Assembly: GCA_965215475.1 (NCBI GenBank)
Contig: OZ244061.1
Span: 2,176,619 to 2,240,618, forward strand
Source of the DNA: Rhodothermales bacterium
GTDB lineage: Bacteria; Bacteroidota; Rhodothermia; Rhodothermales; Bin80
Length of the DNA stretch: 64,000 nucleotides
Reading direction: 5' to 3'
Made by a program: the position numbers and the translations under genes. Under the pieces are notes generated by a model, which worked only from the letters and a program-made list of their open reading frames with translations, ran no database searches and had not been told where the DNA came from. Of this stretch, positions 1 through 10,897 are shown piece after piece. Numbering within the stretch: the first letter of the stretch is position 1; each line of letters begins with the position of its first letter.

Positions 1-236
1 TGATACAAACGGACATTGGACACATTGGCTTTGCGCAGACGTTTGAAGGCACGTGTAACGGACCCGCGTGCGACATCTGCTCCGAGACAGTTCCACTCTG
101 GGTGTGTTTTGGCAAGCCATTCCAAGAAGCTACCATCTCCAAACCCAATTTCCAGCACAATCGGCGCGTCGCGACGAAAGAGTTCCTGATTCGTTGCGGG
201 CAGAGACAGTTTTGGCAGATCCAGGAAGAGAGGCAT
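1..236 (-). CDS. trmB: tRNA (guanine-N7)-methyltransferase, N-terminal part (gene continues beyond window start)
   Basis: Own translation of the minus strand from ATG at 236..234: MPLFLDLPKLSLPATNQELFRRDAPIVLEIGFGDGSFLEWLAKTHPEWNCLGADV... It has the SAM-binding EIGFGxG motif and N-terminal layout typical of TrmB. It is absent from the ORF track because no stop lies inside the window. Confidence 0.7.
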   Translation of the reverse strand, partial: MPLFLDLPKLSLPATNQELFRRDAPIVLEIGFGDGSFLEWLAKTHPEWNCLGADVARGSVTRAFKRLRKANVSNVRLY

Positions 237-246
237 GAATCAAGCC

Positions 247-1284
247 TTAGGCATAGAGGTATGCCATCTCAATATGCCGGGCTCCATCCTTGTCCGCAAC
301 GGCCATTTGTGCAGCTCCCCGGATACGAGCACCGGCAACTTCACCAGCTTTGTTCAAGGCATAGAAGGACACGTTAAAAGCGGGTTCTCCCTCCTGATTT
401 TGCAGTCGAGCCAGGTGCGTGTTTTTTGCAATACGCTCGCACGCATACAAACATGCATCTTCCGGGCTATCTCCCATGCGCATGCGTTCTACGATCAGAA
501 AGCTACAGCAATTCTCAAGGTTGGCTTCCCCGCGTCCAGTTGATCCGGCTGCCCCAACCTCATTGTCGCAGTAAAGGCCAGCTCCAATAATGGGAGAATC
601 CCCTACGCGACCGGGAATCTTGAAAGCCAGTCCACTGGTGGTTGTCACACTACTGATATTTCCCTTTAGATCCATTGCAGAACAATGGATCGTTCCCCAG
701 TGCTCATTACTTCGTTGCATCGCTTCCCCTAGATCTGTGTCATCGGGCCCATGGGGTGGTAAATAGTCATCCCGATTGGAAAGAGTTTCCCGCCATTGAA
801 CCCAAATTTCACGGGCTTCCTGTGTGAGAAGGTTCTCGATAGAGAAGCCGTGCATTCGAGCAAAATCCTGAGCCCCCTGTGCAACAAGAAGCACGTGGTC
901 GGTACGTTCAAGTACAAGCTTTGCAACCTTGGAGGGGTATTTAATCCCCTGGAGGGACGCTACAGCTCCTGCTCTGCACGTTGGGCCATGCATGACAGCC
1001 GAATCTAATTCAACAACGCCATTGGCATTTGGAAGGCCTCCATAGCCTACGGTTTGATCATTTGGATCTTCTTCCACCAGATTAACGCCAGCGATCACGG
1101 CATCCAGTGCATCCGCTCCCGTATTGATCTCTTCAATCGCACGGGCTACTGCACCGAGGCCATTATGACTTGCAATTGCAACCGGACCGGCAGGGGAGTG
1201 TATTTTTGGTTGAAGAAGGGTTGCTGCACTGGCAGCAGTACTGTTTCGGATGAAATCTCGGCGGGTCATGAGAGATGTTTTCAT
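247..1284 (-). CDS. Ntn-hydrolase asparaginase-2 family (isoaspartyl peptidase / glycosylasparaginase), Tat-type signal
   Basis: 345-aa ORF. N-terminal MTRRDFIRNSTAASAATLL looks like a twin-arginine signal. HWGTIHCSAMD...TTTSGLAFKIPGRVGDSPIIGAGLY matches the autoprocessing Thr region of asparaginase-2 / glycosylasparaginase enzymes. Confidence 0.8.
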   Translation of the reverse strand: MKTSLMTRRDFIRNSTAASAATLLQPKIHSPAGPVAIASHNGLGAVARAIEEINTGADALDAVIAGVNLVEEDPNDQTVGYGGLPNANGVVELDSAVMHGPTCRAGAVASLQGIKYPSKVAKLVLERTDHVLLVAQGAQDFARMHGFSIENLLTQEAREIWVQWRETLSNRDDYLPPHGPDDTDLGEAMQRSNEHWGTIHCSAMDLKGNISSVTTTSGLAFKIPGRVGDSPIIGAGLYCDNEVGAAGSTGRGEANLENCCSFLIVERMRMGDSPEDACLYACERIAKNTHLARLQNQEGEPAFNVSFYALNKAGEVAGARIRGAAQMAVADKDGARHIEMAYLYA

Positions 1285-1321
1285 TGGAGTAATTAAGGAG
1301 GGTTCATGACAATTAAATTAA

Positions 1322-1903
1322 TTATTGGCCAAGAGCTAACTGCAAAAACTCTTCGGCAGTATTGACTTCGGGATGAGATCGCATGACTTTTCGGAGTAAT
1401 TGTTCAGCCTTTGCACGGGAAACTCCAAGCGTTTCCAGAGCGGCAAGTGCATCAGCCCGGGCACTGGCGGTTCCCGACGTATCGATCTGTTCAAGATTCA
1501 GTTCGCTGATGCGATCAAATAGTTCGACCACTAGACGTTCAGCAGTTTTGCGACCAACCCCGTTGATACGTTGCAGCATGACGGGCTGTCTTAAGGTGAT
1601 GTATTTTACCAGCTCTTCAGGAGTCAGAGTTGAAAGAGCTGCAATAGCGATCTTTGGACCGATCCCTGAGACACCAAGAAACAATTCAAAGATTGCCCGC
1701 TCGCTAGGAGAAAAAAAACCAAATAACTGCTCACGGTCTTCCCGGGTGTAATGATGGGTCAGCAATCGTACCTTTTTACCAATATCAGGTATTTTATCAG
1801 AAGTAGACATCGGAATGAAAACACGGTATCCAATTCCGTGCACATCAATGACGGCATGGGTAGGTCCTTTATTGCTCAAGATTCCTTCAATGTATTCGAT
1901 CAT
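1322..1903 (-). CDS. ruvA: Holliday junction DNA helicase subunit RuvA
   Basis: 193 aa. MIEYIEGIL...VIDVHGIGYRVFIPMST N-terminus, HhH region GVSGIGPKIAIAAL and INGVGRKTAERLVVEL; classic RuvA. Confidence 0.93.
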   Translation of the reverse strand: MIEYIEGILSNKGPTHAVIDVHGIGYRVFIPMSTSDKIPDIGKKVRLLTHHYTREDREQLFGFFSPSERAIFELFLGVSGIGPKIAIAALSTLTPEELVKYITLRQPVMLQRINGVGRKTAERLVVELFDRISELNLEQIDTSGTASARADALAALETLGVSRAKAEQLLRKVMRSHPEVNTAEEFLQLALGQ

Positions 1904-1917
1904 GGATTTGGTAGATT

Positions 1918-3624
1918 ATGTCCAAGATACGACGGGCTCACAAACACAGGGATAGGATGACGCAAGAGGGGAGACCTTCACAGGGAAACCGTGCCTCCAT
2001 TGTGGCACTGGGGATTCTTGCAAGCCGTGTATTGGGTTTGATTCGATGGAGTCTTATGGCTCGCTATTTTGGCAGTGGAGCACATGCAGATGTATTGAGA
2101 GCAGCATTTCAGGCACCGAACGCTCTACAGAACCTGCTTGGAGAAGGTACAATGTCCGCAGCATTCATCCCTGTATATACTAAGATGCTTGAAGAGGGGA
2201 GGCCGGAGGCGGCGGGGCGATTTGCTGGCAGTATTCTGGGGTTATTGACGGCGGTAGTCTGTACGGGTGTGCTTTTGGGGGTTTGGTTGGCCCATCCGAT
2301 CTGTTCGATACTCATGCGGGGCTTTGTGGGAGACGCCGCAGAGGTAGCTGCCGGATTGCGGGAGGTAGATCGGCTTCTTCTGGCCGTCGATATGGTTCGG
2401 CTTGCGTTTCCAATGGCGGGCATCTTGGTTCTGTCTTCATGGGCACTGGGAGTTCTCAATAGTCACCGGCGATTTTTCATGCCTTATTTTGCGCCAATAG
2501 TATGGAATGTGACCATTATCGGCTCGCTTCTCGGTGTCGGAAGCCTGATTGGATTTACTCCAGGGGAAGATGAACTCTCTATACTGCCGGAAACTCTCAC
2601 TCGGCTTTTGAAGGCAGTTTTTCTTGGCGGGGTCATAGGTGGTTTGATGCAGTTTTTGATTCAATTGCCATCGGTTGCATGTGTGATAAAAGGATTCCAC
2701 CTCGGTCTCTCTACTCGTGTGGATGGTGTGCGCCAGGCATTGGTCGCCGTAGGACCTGCACTCGCTGGTCGAGGGGTTGCTCAACTCTCTGCGTATGTTG
2801 ACATCCTGCTCGCGACTCTTCTAATTGAGGGGGCCGTAGCAAGTATCGGGTATGCACAGGTTCTTTATATCCTTCCGATTTCATTATTTGGTCTGTCGGT
2901 TGCGGCGGCCGAGTTGCCAGAACTCACACGAATTGGAACCAGTAGTCTTTCCGGAATGGCAGACAGGATTCGCGCAGGGCTCCGGCAGGGTTTATTTCTG
3001 GCGGTTCCCACGGCTCTGGGGTACATTGCGCTGGGTTATGTGATCATTGGAGCGATTTATCGTGGGGGCTTGTTCGGAATGGACGATAATTGGCTCACCT
3101 ATATTATTCTGGCCACTTACAGTTTCGGGCTTTTGGCCACAATCAGCAGCCGCTTGTTACAAAACGGATTCTGGGCTCTTGGGGATACACGTACCCCGGC
3201 ACGTATGGCACTGCTCCGTGCCATGATTGCATTGGTAGTGGCAATCCCGGCGATGTTTGCTCTTGATCAGTTTTCGGTATCACAGATTCCAGGGATTGGC
3301 TCATCAACCCTATACTTTGGTGCGGTTGGGTTGGCCGCAGGCAGTGCTGTCGCAGCATGGGTGGAGTGGTTATTTCTTGGGCGGGCATTGAAGCACCGAT
3401 TAGGGCTGGCATTTATTCCTTGGCGCGCTGTGGGCGAAATGATACTAATGGTACTGATAGCACTAATCCCATCCTTTACGTTTTGGTACGTGGCTACTCA
3501 AAACTTGAATCCACTATGGAGTGGGATCATCATCACAGCCCTTTTTGCGGCAACCTATCTGATCCTTGCAAAAATAAGAGCTCGCCCAGAGCTCAAAACC
3601 TGGGTTGGTCGACTGAGTGTATAG
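1918..3624 (+). CDS. murJ: lipid II flippase MurJ/MviN
   Basis: 568-aa polytopic membrane ORF. ILASRVLGLIRWSLMARYFG...AFQAPNALQNLLGEGTMSAAFIPVY is the conserved MurJ N-terminal signature. The start may be the internal Met 13 codons downstream. Confidence 0.9.
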   Translation: MSKIRRAHKHRDRMTQEGRPSQGNRASIVALGILASRVLGLIRWSLMARYFGSGAHADVLRAAFQAPNALQNLLGEGTMSAAFIPVYTKMLEEGRPEAAGRFAGSILGLLTAVVCTGVLLGVWLAHPICSILMRGFVGDAAEVAAGLREVDRLLLAVDMVRLAFPMAGILVLSSWALGVLNSHRRFFMPYFAPIVWNVTIIGSLLGVGSLIGFTPGEDELSILPETLTRLLKAVFLGGVIGGLMQFLIQLPSVACVIKGFHLGLSTRVDGVRQALVAVGPALAGRGVAQLSAYVDILLATLLIEGAVASIGYAQVLYILPISLFGLSVAAAELPELTRIGTSSLSGMADRIRAGLRQGLFLAVPTALGYIALGYVIIGAIYRGGLFGMDDNWLTYIILATYSFGLLATISSRLLQNGFWALGDTRTPARMALLRAMIALVVAIPAMFALDQFSVSQIPGIGSSTLYFGAVGLAAGSAVAAWVEWLFLGRALKHRLGLAFIPWRAVGEMILMVLIALIPSFTFWYVATQNLNPLWSGIIITALFAATYLILAKIRARPELKTWVGRLSV

Positions 3625-4045
3625 CGTCAATTACTTTTTTGGTCAACGACAATTAAAAGTTTCGCTTGAATCTAGCATTGCAAGATACAAATTTGTCTAT
3701 TCAAGCGATTGCAAAACCTATGTTTCGGGGAGAAAAAATCCTCGCAGATATTCTCAGAGCAAATTTTATATTCAATCTTGTATTTTCGAGTAGGCATGGT
3801 CGTCGCATTTTGTCTCTATCTCTGGACCTAGGCGATTTTCTACGTTTTTTCAGGAGGTCACCAATAATGTTTGATGCACCTGAGCCAGATTGGAATCTAA
3901 TTAGCCCATCTTGATGTAATTTGTAGGCTGATCAATACCTTTGTACCGATATACTATGCCAGAGGAACAGTCGCCATCAAGCCAGATCCAAATACTCTGG
4001 CTCATTTTCGGTGAAATAGATAGACCTAATCAAATCCTGAGCTAG

Positions 4046-4468
4046 ATGGCACGGATTATTCATACGGGCAATACGCCAGCCAAAGAGCGCAGTGCTCATA
4101 TGCGTACCTGCGCCGAGCTACTTCGCTTATTGGCAGGAAAGGATTCCTTTGACGAGGAAGCGAAGGATATGGTCGCATTGTTTGTCTTTTCACTACGAGG
4201 AGTCTATGCGACGATTGAAAGAAGTGCCGATGTATGGGATGAGCGCAATTACTGGAAGCGTGCGGAAACTCTTCGTAATGACTGGCTCTGGAGCAAAAAG
4301 GCAGCAGATACGCTCGAAACTCTGATCCATCAAGAAGAATGGCAGAAAATCCCCGAGAGTATGATGGAGCTATTTCCGCGCTTTCAGAAAGTCAATGTTT
4401 TGACTATCACCAGGAACGCGGATCATTGGTGTGGAGCATTGAAAGCACTTTTAGCTTCTAAGGAATGA
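4046..4468 (+). CDS. hypothetical protein (140 aa), translationally coupled to yqgE
   Basis: Clean 140-aa ORF with an ATGA stop/start overlap with the next gene at 4465-4468. I recognise no motif. Confidence 0.55.
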   Translation: MARIIHTGNTPAKERSAHMRTCAELLRLLAGKDSFDEEAKDMVALFVFSLRGVYATIERSADVWDERNYWKRAETLRNDWLWSKKAADTLETLIHQEEWQKIPESMMELFPRFQKVNVLTITRNADHWCGALKALLASKE

Positions 4469-5028
4469 CCCGATACGATCCAACGGAGATTGCACCCGGT
4501 GATTTGCTCATCGCGCCGCCCAGCCAGCATTCAGATTCGTTTCATCGGGCGGTTGTGCTGATATGTGTGCATGATGCAGATGGGAGCTTGGGGGTAATCT
4601 TGAATCGTCCAACACAGCTGTCACTCAATCGTATTCTGGACGATCAAGTTGATGCACATGTGATTTATGAAGGTGGTCCGGTTGAACAGGATTGCCTGAC
4701 CTATCTTCACCGCTGTGAAGATCTCATACAGGAGTCACAACCAGTAATGGAGGATATATGTTTTTGTGGCGATATTCATGATGTAATCAATGCGGTGAAA
4801 GATCATTCGGTTAGTTCCAGGCAAATTCGCTTTTTTGTAGGATATTCCGGTTGGGCACCGGGGCAGCTAGAGCAGGAATTGAGAGCTGGAGGTTGGTTCG
4901 TGGCACACGGAGGATCGGACCTAGTTTTTGAACACGATCCTACCACACTCTGGCGCGAAATCCTTCGGGAAATGGGAGGAGAATATGCCATTCTGGCAAA
5001 CTTTCCTTCTGACCCAAGTTTGAATTAG
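4465..5028 (+). CDS. yqgE: YqgE/AlgH family protein (UPF0301)
   Basis: 187 aa. GDLLIAPPSQHSDSFHRAVVLICVHDADGSLGVILNRP and FFVGYSGWAPGQLEQEL are the family hallmarks. Confidence 0.85.
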   Translation: MTRYDPTEIAPGDLLIAPPSQHSDSFHRAVVLICVHDADGSLGVILNRPTQLSLNRILDDQVDAHVIYEGGPVEQDCLTYLHRCEDLIQESQPVMEDICFCGDIHDVINAVKDHSVSSRQIRFFVGYSGWAPGQLEQELRAGGWFVAHGGSDLVFEHDPTTLWREILREMGGEYAILANFPSDPSLN

Positions 5029-5034
5029 GCTGGA

Positions 5035-5646
5035 CTACTTCGCGTTTACCAGTTGCATAAATTCGGCACGTGTAGTTGCATCAGAGAGAAAAGTACCGCT
5101 CATCGAGCTAGTCGCCGTCAGTGCATTCTGTTTTTCTACGCCACGCATGGACATGCACAGATGTGTAGCTTCAATCACGACCGCGGTTCCATGAGGTTGG
5201 AGTACCTCATCAATAGCCTCTCGAATCTGAACCGTCAAACGTTCCTGCACCTGTAGACGACGAGAAAAGGCATCCACGACCCGGGGTATTTTACTCAGGC
5301 CAACAATATGATTCCGGGCCATATACGCAACATGGGCTTTGCCAATAAAAGGGAGCAAATGATGCTCACAAAGGCTGAATACGTCAATATCACGAACCAG
5401 AATCATTTCTTCATACTCCTCTTCAAAGATGGCGGATCGAAGAATCTCTTTTGCATCAGTCTTGTATCCTTGTGTCAGGAAGGAAAAAGATTTGGCAACC
5501 CGCTCAGGGGTTTTCAGCAAGCCATCTCGTTCGGGATCCTCGCCAAGCAGGCGGAGAATTTCGTGAACATGGTAATCAAGCCCCGAAGGAGGAACTTCGT
5601 CCTCAAGAGTCTCATCTAACAGGTCGGAGTGATTATTTCGGGCCAT
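5035..5646 (-). CDS. folE: GTP cyclohydrolase I (FolE type 1)
   Basis: [12 protein letters not shown]...[36 protein letters not shown]...QVQERLT are canonical FolE motifs. The tracked ORF extends to 5787, but I place the start at ATG 5646 (MARNNHSD...), giving 203 aa. This start overlaps the upstream PTPS gene by 14 nt. Confidence 0.9.
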   Translation of the reverse strand: MARNNHSDLLDETLEDEVPPSGLDYHVHEILRLLGEDPERDGLLKTPERVAKSFSFLTQGYKTDAKEILRSAIFEEEYEEMILVRDIDVFSLCEHHLLPFIGKAHVAYMARNHIVGLSKIPRVVDAFSRRLQVQERLTVQIREAIDEVLQPHGTAVVIEATHLCMSMRGVEKQNALTATSSMSGTFLSDATTRAEFMQLVNAK

Positions 5647-6049
5647 AGTATTCAGCAGAGTTCTTGGGGGTTTCATGAAGTCGGACGCAGTAGAGGATGT
5701 CGGAAGGCAGAGCATCTGCCAGACGATCCCAGATGGCGATGACAAGGTTTTCTGTTGATGGGATGACCCCCTCGAGAAAAGGGACATCCAAGTTTAGATT
5801 TTTATGATCCAGATGACGGATAATACGATCTTGAATCACCTGGTTCAGATCTCCCAGATCCATCACATAACCCGTTTCCGGGTCGGGAGAGCTGGCAATC
5901 GTTATCTGAAGTTTGTAGTTATGACCATGCCAGTTAGCATTATTGCATGGTCCAAAAACCTGATGATTCCACTCGTCTGACTTTGCAGGGTTATGCAAGC
6001 GGTGGGCCGCGTTAAAATGTGACTCTCGTGTGAGGTAAACCGTTGGCAT
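5633..6049 (-). CDS. 6-pyruvoyl-tetrahydropterin synthase family (PTPS-II-like / QueD family)
   Basis: 138 aa. [10 protein letters not shown]...[15 protein letters not shown] resembles the CNNxNxHGHNY active-site block of eukaryote-type PTPS. It sits immediately upstream of folE. Confidence 0.85.
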   Translation of the reverse strand: MPTVYLTRESHFNAAHRLHNPAKSDEWNHQVFGPCNNANWHGHNYKLQITIASSPDPETGYVMDLGDLNQVIQDRIIRHLDHKNLNLDVPFLEGVIPSTENLVIAIWDRLADALPSDILYCVRLHETPKNSAEYYGPK

Positions 6050-6120
6050 CCAGATGAATTTTCATAGATCAAAAAGGAACGAAGCAGAGAGCGTATTGTT
6101 CGCACAGAGAACGGAGATAG

Positions 6121-6459
<339 letters not shown>

Positions 6460-6472
6460 GCCAATCATCAGG

Positions 6473-8461
6473 ATGCACGGGGGCTTTTGCAGCCTGTCGC
6501 TTCTCTTCGTCTGTGTCCTGGGGATCTCCAGTCATTGTTCGTGGGCGCAGTCTTCATTGCAGCAGAAGACCGAGTTTGCCCGTGAAGTGAATCGGTATCA
6601 ATGGAGTTCCTTGACTTCATGGAATGCAAATCTTGGTCCTTGGCAGATCGAAATGACCAACCGCTTCGTATCGGATGCGTATCTACAGTATGACCGGCGC
6701 CTTCGTTTTCGGGATGAAGATCGTCTTGATTTTTCGGTAGTACGTCCAATTCGTCCACGCTTTGGAGCAAGAGTTCATGGTAACCTTGATTGGTTCGGAT
6801 CCGGTCGTGCGTCATCCCAATCGCTTTTGCTTGGAGTTCAGATGAATCCCTTTGCAGCATTAAAGCTGGAGACATCCGTAGGGATAGGGTCGGATCGTCG
6901 TCCAGGGATTATAACAGGCAATCAGGGGAGGTTATTACGAGTAGATACTGGGCCAGCAGTGGCTGTATCGGCAGACGTGGAACCGCGAGAAATTCAAGGG
7001 TACAGGATCTCCTTTTCCTCCGATGCCTCATGGCAGCGCATTGCACCACGCAGAGTAGGAGATTTAATGTTAGAAGCCTCTGCGGCTCGGTCATTCGGTT
7101 CTGCAAGACTGGAGTCGCGCGCACGCTATTCTAGTCGCAGAAGAGATACCTACCAAGCGGTATCGTTCTTGAATCGTGGACGGATGCGTGATCCTGAATC
7201 CATTGAGGCAACAACCAGTGATACTCTGGACACGAATATCCTCATACAGGTTCCTGTTATGAATGGACTTCGCGTGATTGCACAGGCCGATGTACGACTG
7301 AATCAAAGGCGTATCCGTACTCCGCGTGCTCCCGAAGAGTCGATTACTTTCGAGACCGACTTTGGACGTCAGGCATTCACCGGCCAACTCGGAATTCATT
7401 ATATGCGCGAGCGTATTGATGCACAGTTACGAGCCGAGTACGGGGCGATCAATGAGCATAGAATCCTCAATAATAGGGACGAATTGCCCCCATCGGAAGC
7501 GGCACAGAAGCGAGCGCTTCTGCAGCAGGCAGATTATGATGAAGGCGTCTTTGCAATAAGCGGGAATGTGCGGGGGGATATTTTTTCGACACTTTCGGTT
7601 CTTTTTTCAGGCAGTTCAAGGATTGTACGACACGATACGCCCTTAGTAAATCTGGATGATCGGGATGAAGTATACCATACGGCGATGTTTACACTCCGCC
7701 ACCGCCGCAGCCGCCATTTGCAAATGGAAGCACGGATATTTGGTTCGTATCATCATACGGTATTTTTGAATGCGGAACGCTCAGCAGAAAACAATATCCA
7801 GCGCTCCTTGCGATTGCGACCATCTGTAGACTGGACCCCGACTTCACAGACACGTATTCGACTGGCCAGTGAGGTACGAGCCACATACACTACGGATGAT
7901 TTTGTGCTTCCCGGACGAAGATCTTCCGATCAGTCTGCACGTGAGATGCGCCTCGAATCTGAAATTGAACACCGCCTCTTCTCGGATACAGATCTCAGGA
8001 TGTCGGCTAGTTTTTCAGATTTACGTCTTGGGAGGCTCCAGTGGGAGGAGTTTACCGAAATTCCCTTTGACACGCTCAGGACGTATAGTGCTTGGCTAAG
8101 AATACAGACGGGGCATCGGCTTCGTGGTGAGTTGGGGTGGCGCACCTTTCTACGAAGTGATTACGACCGAGCAGTGACGGTACAATATCAGCTTCCTGTT
8201 GACCAGGATGCCAGAACACTCGGAAGTATAACTAGAAGTGGAAAACGATGGATCATTCAAACCGGTCCATCGGCCGCTCTCTATTGGACAAGGGGAGCGA
8301 CAACCTTCCGCCTGGATGCTTGGGCGAACTGGCAACAACTAAGATATCGGCTTTATGGTCAATTACCATCCTTGAATGAACGGGCTATTCGGCGAGCCGC
8401 CCGACAGCGGACGCGGCGCCTGATCCCACTTATCTCATTAAGTGCATATTGGAGTCTGTAA
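6473..8461 (+). CDS. hypothetical secreted / possibly outer-membrane protein (about 662 aa)
   Basis: Long ORF. I place the start at ATG 6473 (MHGGFCSLSLLFVCVLGISSHCSWAQS, signal-peptide-like) rather than 6377, which would overlap the HIT gene. It is Arg/Ser-rich with alternating-pattern segments suggestive of beta structure. No family recognised. Confidence 0.5.
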   Translation: MHGGFCSLSLLFVCVLGISSHCSWAQSSLQQKTEFAREVNRYQWSSLTSWNANLGPWQIEMTNRFVSDAYLQYDRRLRFRDEDRLDFSVVRPIRPRFGARVHGNLDWFGSGRASSQSLLLGVQMNPFAALKLETSVGIGSDRRPGIITGNQGRLLRVDTGPAVAVSADVEPREIQGYRISFSSDASWQRIAPRRVGDLMLEASAARSFGSARLESRARYSSRRRDTYQAVSFLNRGRMRDPESIEATTSDTLDTNILIQVPVMNGLRVIAQADVRLNQRRIRTPRAPEESITFETDFGRQAFTGQLGIHYMRERIDAQLRAEYGAINEHRILNNRDELPPSEAAQKRALLQQADYDEGVFAISGNVRGDIFSTLSVLFSGSSRIVRHDTPLVNLDDRDEVYHTAMFTLRHRRSRHLQMEARIFGSYHHTVFLNAERSAENNIQRSLRLRPSVDWTPTSQTRIRLASEVRATYTTDDFVLPGRRSSDQSAREMRLESEIEHRLFSDTDLRMSASFSDLRLGRLQWEEFTEIPFDTLRTYSAWLRIQTGHRLRGELGWRTFLRSDYDRAVTVQYQLPVDQDARTLGSITRSGKRWIIQTGPSAALYWTRGATTFRLDAWANWQQLRYRLYGQLPSLNERAIRRAARQRTRRLIPLISLSAYWSL

Positions 8462-9111
8462 TGGCAAACTCAACCTTTGGTATAAGAACTCTAGGAATTA
8501 CGGGAGGAATCGGAAGTGGTAAGTCCACCGTGTGCGCGTATATGGAAAAATTAGGAGCCACCGTCTTTGAAGCGGATCGGGTCGCACGGGATCTCATGGA
8601 ATCCAGTGATCAAATTCGTGAAGCAGTGATCGAATTATTTGGCACGAAAAGCTATACACCAGAAGGACCTCTAAATCGAAGTTGGTTAGCCGCTCAGCTG
8701 TTCAAAGATGAGGTTCGTCTGGGGCAATTAAATGCCATCGTACATCCCAGAGTCGGAGAAGCTTTTGATCGTCAGAAACAAAAACGATCGTCCGGGTTAT
8801 TGATTCATGAGGCGGCTCTGATCTATGAGGCGGGGGTATCACACCGATTGGATGCAGTTTGCGTGATCAGTGCCCCCAAAAATGTTCGCACCAAGCGTGT
8901 GATGGTTCGTGATGGAATAAGTGCAGAGAAAGTGCATGCAAGAATGCAGAGGCAATTCCCCGAGGAAGAGACAAAATCTCGCGCAGATGTGGTTTTAGTC
9001 AATACAGGAGATCTTGAGGAATTACGCGGTAAAACCGAACAACTCTATGAGTTGTCCATGAGGCAAGAAACACTCAGTACGGAGAATTTCAAGAATTTTC
9101 GTCAACTGTAG
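8461..9111 (+). CDS. coaE: dephospho-CoA kinase
   Basis: LGITGGIGSGKSTV P-loop, HPRV and the overall length fit CoaE. ATG 8461 overlaps the upstream stop (TAATG). Confidence 0.9.
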   Translation: MANSTFGIRTLGITGGIGSGKSTVCAYMEKLGATVFEADRVARDLMESSDQIREAVIELFGTKSYTPEGPLNRSWLAAQLFKDEVRLGQLNAIVHPRVGEAFDRQKQKRSSGLLIHEAALIYEAGVSHRLDAVCVISAPKNVRTKRVMVRDGISAEKVHARMQRQFPEEETKSRADVVLVNTGDLEELRGKTEQLYELSMRQETLSTENFKNFRQL

Positions 9112-10144
9112 GGAGCACAAACCCAAAGGTAGATCCACTTCCTGGGCGGCTTTCAATCATGAGTTGACTACCATGTGCGCTAAGAATGTGCTTCACGATT
9201 GCCAGCCCCAAGCCGGTTCCCCCCAGCTCCAAGGAGCGGCTAGGTTCTACCCGGAAAAATCGTTCGGTTAGGCGGGGAATATATTCAGGGGAAACCCCAA
9301 CCCCATCATCGACAACGGAAACCTTGACGGAACTTTCTTGCAATCGCCGGGCAATTACTTCAACCTGCCCACCGGTCTGACCATATTTAATGCCGTTATC
9401 AATCAGGTTGCTGAGAACTTGGCTGATGTGGTTGCGGTCAGCAACTATATCAGGGAGATTTTCAGGCATAGAGAGACGCACAGTGATGTTTCGATCTGAG
9501 GCCATTGACTCCAGAGATTCAAGAACTTCTCTACTCAATTGGAGCAGATTGAAGGGTTGCTGGTCCATGGAGAGTTCCCCCATTTCAATTCGAGCCACAG
9601 AGGATAAATCTTCCGCAAGGTTTCCTAGACGGTTCGCATTTCTTAGGATTTTATGGATAAAGGAGCGCCGGACCCGCTCATCGTCAAGAGCACCATCCAA
9701 AAGTGTTTCAGCAAATCCCCTGATCGCAAAAATAGGGGTCTTGAGTTCGTGAGAGACATTGCCCAGGAACTCACTCCGGTAATTTTCCAAGCGCTCGAGT
9801 TCCTGCATTTGATTCGCGACACGTTGATCGGCATCATGAGCAAGATCGATAAGGGAACTGAGTTCATCACGGGGGAGCGCAGTCTTTTGATGTGAAGGGC
9901 CCGTGTTGGCTTCGCCAATACCTGCGAGTGTGGATTGCAGGGCAGACATGCGTTGCATGACCATCCAATAGATTCCGAAAAAGGTAACGAGTCCGCAGAT
10001 TAGGCTGATAGATATGACGCCCCACCAAGGTAGCCTGTAGCCCACCAAGGCAGCCAAAAACAATGTGATCAGGACCAGCAAGCTCACGCGCCAAGAAATT
10101 CGAAAGGCCAATAAGCCTTTAGGGACTTGTTGTAAAGAGGGCAT
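9089..10144 (-). CDS. sensor histidine kinase (PhoR-like)
   Basis: Two N-terminal TM segments, H-box FLGNVSHELKTPIFAIRGF, N-box LIDNGIKY, G-boxes DDGVGV and GGTGLGLAIVKHIL. The 3' end overlaps convergent coaE by 23 nt. Confidence 0.88.
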   Translation of the reverse strand: MPSLQQVPKGLLAFRISWRVSLLVLITLFLAALVGYRLPWWGVISISLICGLVTFFGIYWMVMQRMSALQSTLAGIGEANTGPSHQKTALPRDELSSLIDLAHDADQRVANQMQELERLENYRSEFLGNVSHELKTPIFAIRGFAETLLDGALDDERVRRSFIHKILRNANRLGNLAEDLSSVARIEMGELSMDQQPFNLLQLSREVLESLESMASDRNITVRLSMPENLPDIVADRNHISQVLSNLIDNGIKYGQTGGQVEVIARRLQESSVKVSVVDDGVGVSPEYIPRLTERFFRVEPSRSLELGGTGLGLAIVKHILSAHGSQLMIESRPGSGSTFGFVLPTVDENS

Positions 10145-10159
10145 CTCAATCTTTGAAGA

Positions 10160-10897
10160 TTACTTATGTTCAAGGAAGCGATAACCAACCCCCTTGACGG
10201 ATTGGATATAATCAGCCCCCTGATAATTGCCCAGTTTTTTGTTGAGCTTGCTCACATGCACATCAACCGTGCGTCTCCCGACTTCTACATTCATTCCCCA
10301 AACTTTCTTAATTAAGTTTCTTCGGGTAAATACGACACCAGGGGAGTTGGCCAAAAAGTATAAGAGATCAAATTCTCTACGAGTAAAATTAATTTGAGCT
10401 CGTTCTTCGCCGTCTTTTCGGAATACCCAATACCTGTCCCGGTCAATTTCAAGATCATGAATCGAAAGGGTTGAAGCGCCGGGAATGATTCGTTGGGTTC
10501 CACGCAGGAGAGCTTTGATCTGGGAGACGATGACATCAAGGCCAAACGTTTTGGAGAGATAACTGTCAGCGCCGATATCCAATCCTTGAACATGATCCTC
10601 TTCTTCAGAGCGTGCAGAAAGGAATAAAATAGGAATGGCTTTCAGTCTAGAGTATTTTCGAATATGCTGACATACATCTAGTCCGTTCATACGAGGCATC
10701 ATGACATCAAGGACAATGAGGTCAAGATCACGAGTTTCAACGATGTCAAGTGCTTCAACACCATTACGAGCGGTAATGGTTTTCATTCCTAACCGCTCAA
10801 TGTTGTATCGCAACAGGTCAAGAATATCGTCTTCGTCGTCTACGATCAGGATGGTATGGGAATCCTGAGCAGCAGCAATGGGAGAGGTTTTTGACAT
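10160..10897 (-). CDS. OmpR/PhoB-family response regulator
   Basis: Receiver domain (ILIVDDEDDILDLL...DLIVLDVMMP) plus a winged-helix output (RREFDLLYFLA...VDVHVSKLNKKL...VKGVGYRF). Confidence 0.9.
   Translation of the reverse strand: MSKTSPIAAAQDSHTILIVDDEDDILDLLRYNIERLGMKTITARNGVEALDIVETRDLDLIVLDVMMPRMNGLDVCQHIRKYSRLKAIPILFLSARSEEEDHVQGLDIGADSYLSKTFGLDVIVSQIKALLRGTQRIIPGASTLSIHDLEIDRDRYWVFRKDGEERAQINFTRREFDLLYFLANSPGVVFTRRNLIKKVWGMNVEVGRRTVDVHVSKLNKKLGNYQGADYIQSVKGVGYRFLEHK

Noticed and set aside
102-543. Plus-strand ORFs 102-377 and 235-543.
   Set aside because: They are antisense to trmB and the asparaginase gene, with Arg/His-rich improbable sequences. The same reasoning applies to the many 60-160-aa antisense or off-frame ORFs inside gcvP, the S9 peptidase, the helicases and the MTase.
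3664-3709. 9-bp inverted repeat cgcttgaat...attcaagcg and the 82-aa ORF 3666-3914 in the 420-bp murJ-downstream spacer.
   Set aside because: The short stem has a long loop and no flanking signal. The ORF starts with TTG, has odd composition and no motif. There is insufficient support for an sRNA or a gene.
5647-5787. 47-codon N-terminal extension of folE in the tracked ORF.
   Set aside because: It would overlap most of the 3' end of the PTPS gene and has no FolE similarity. Met at 5646 gives a typical FolE length.
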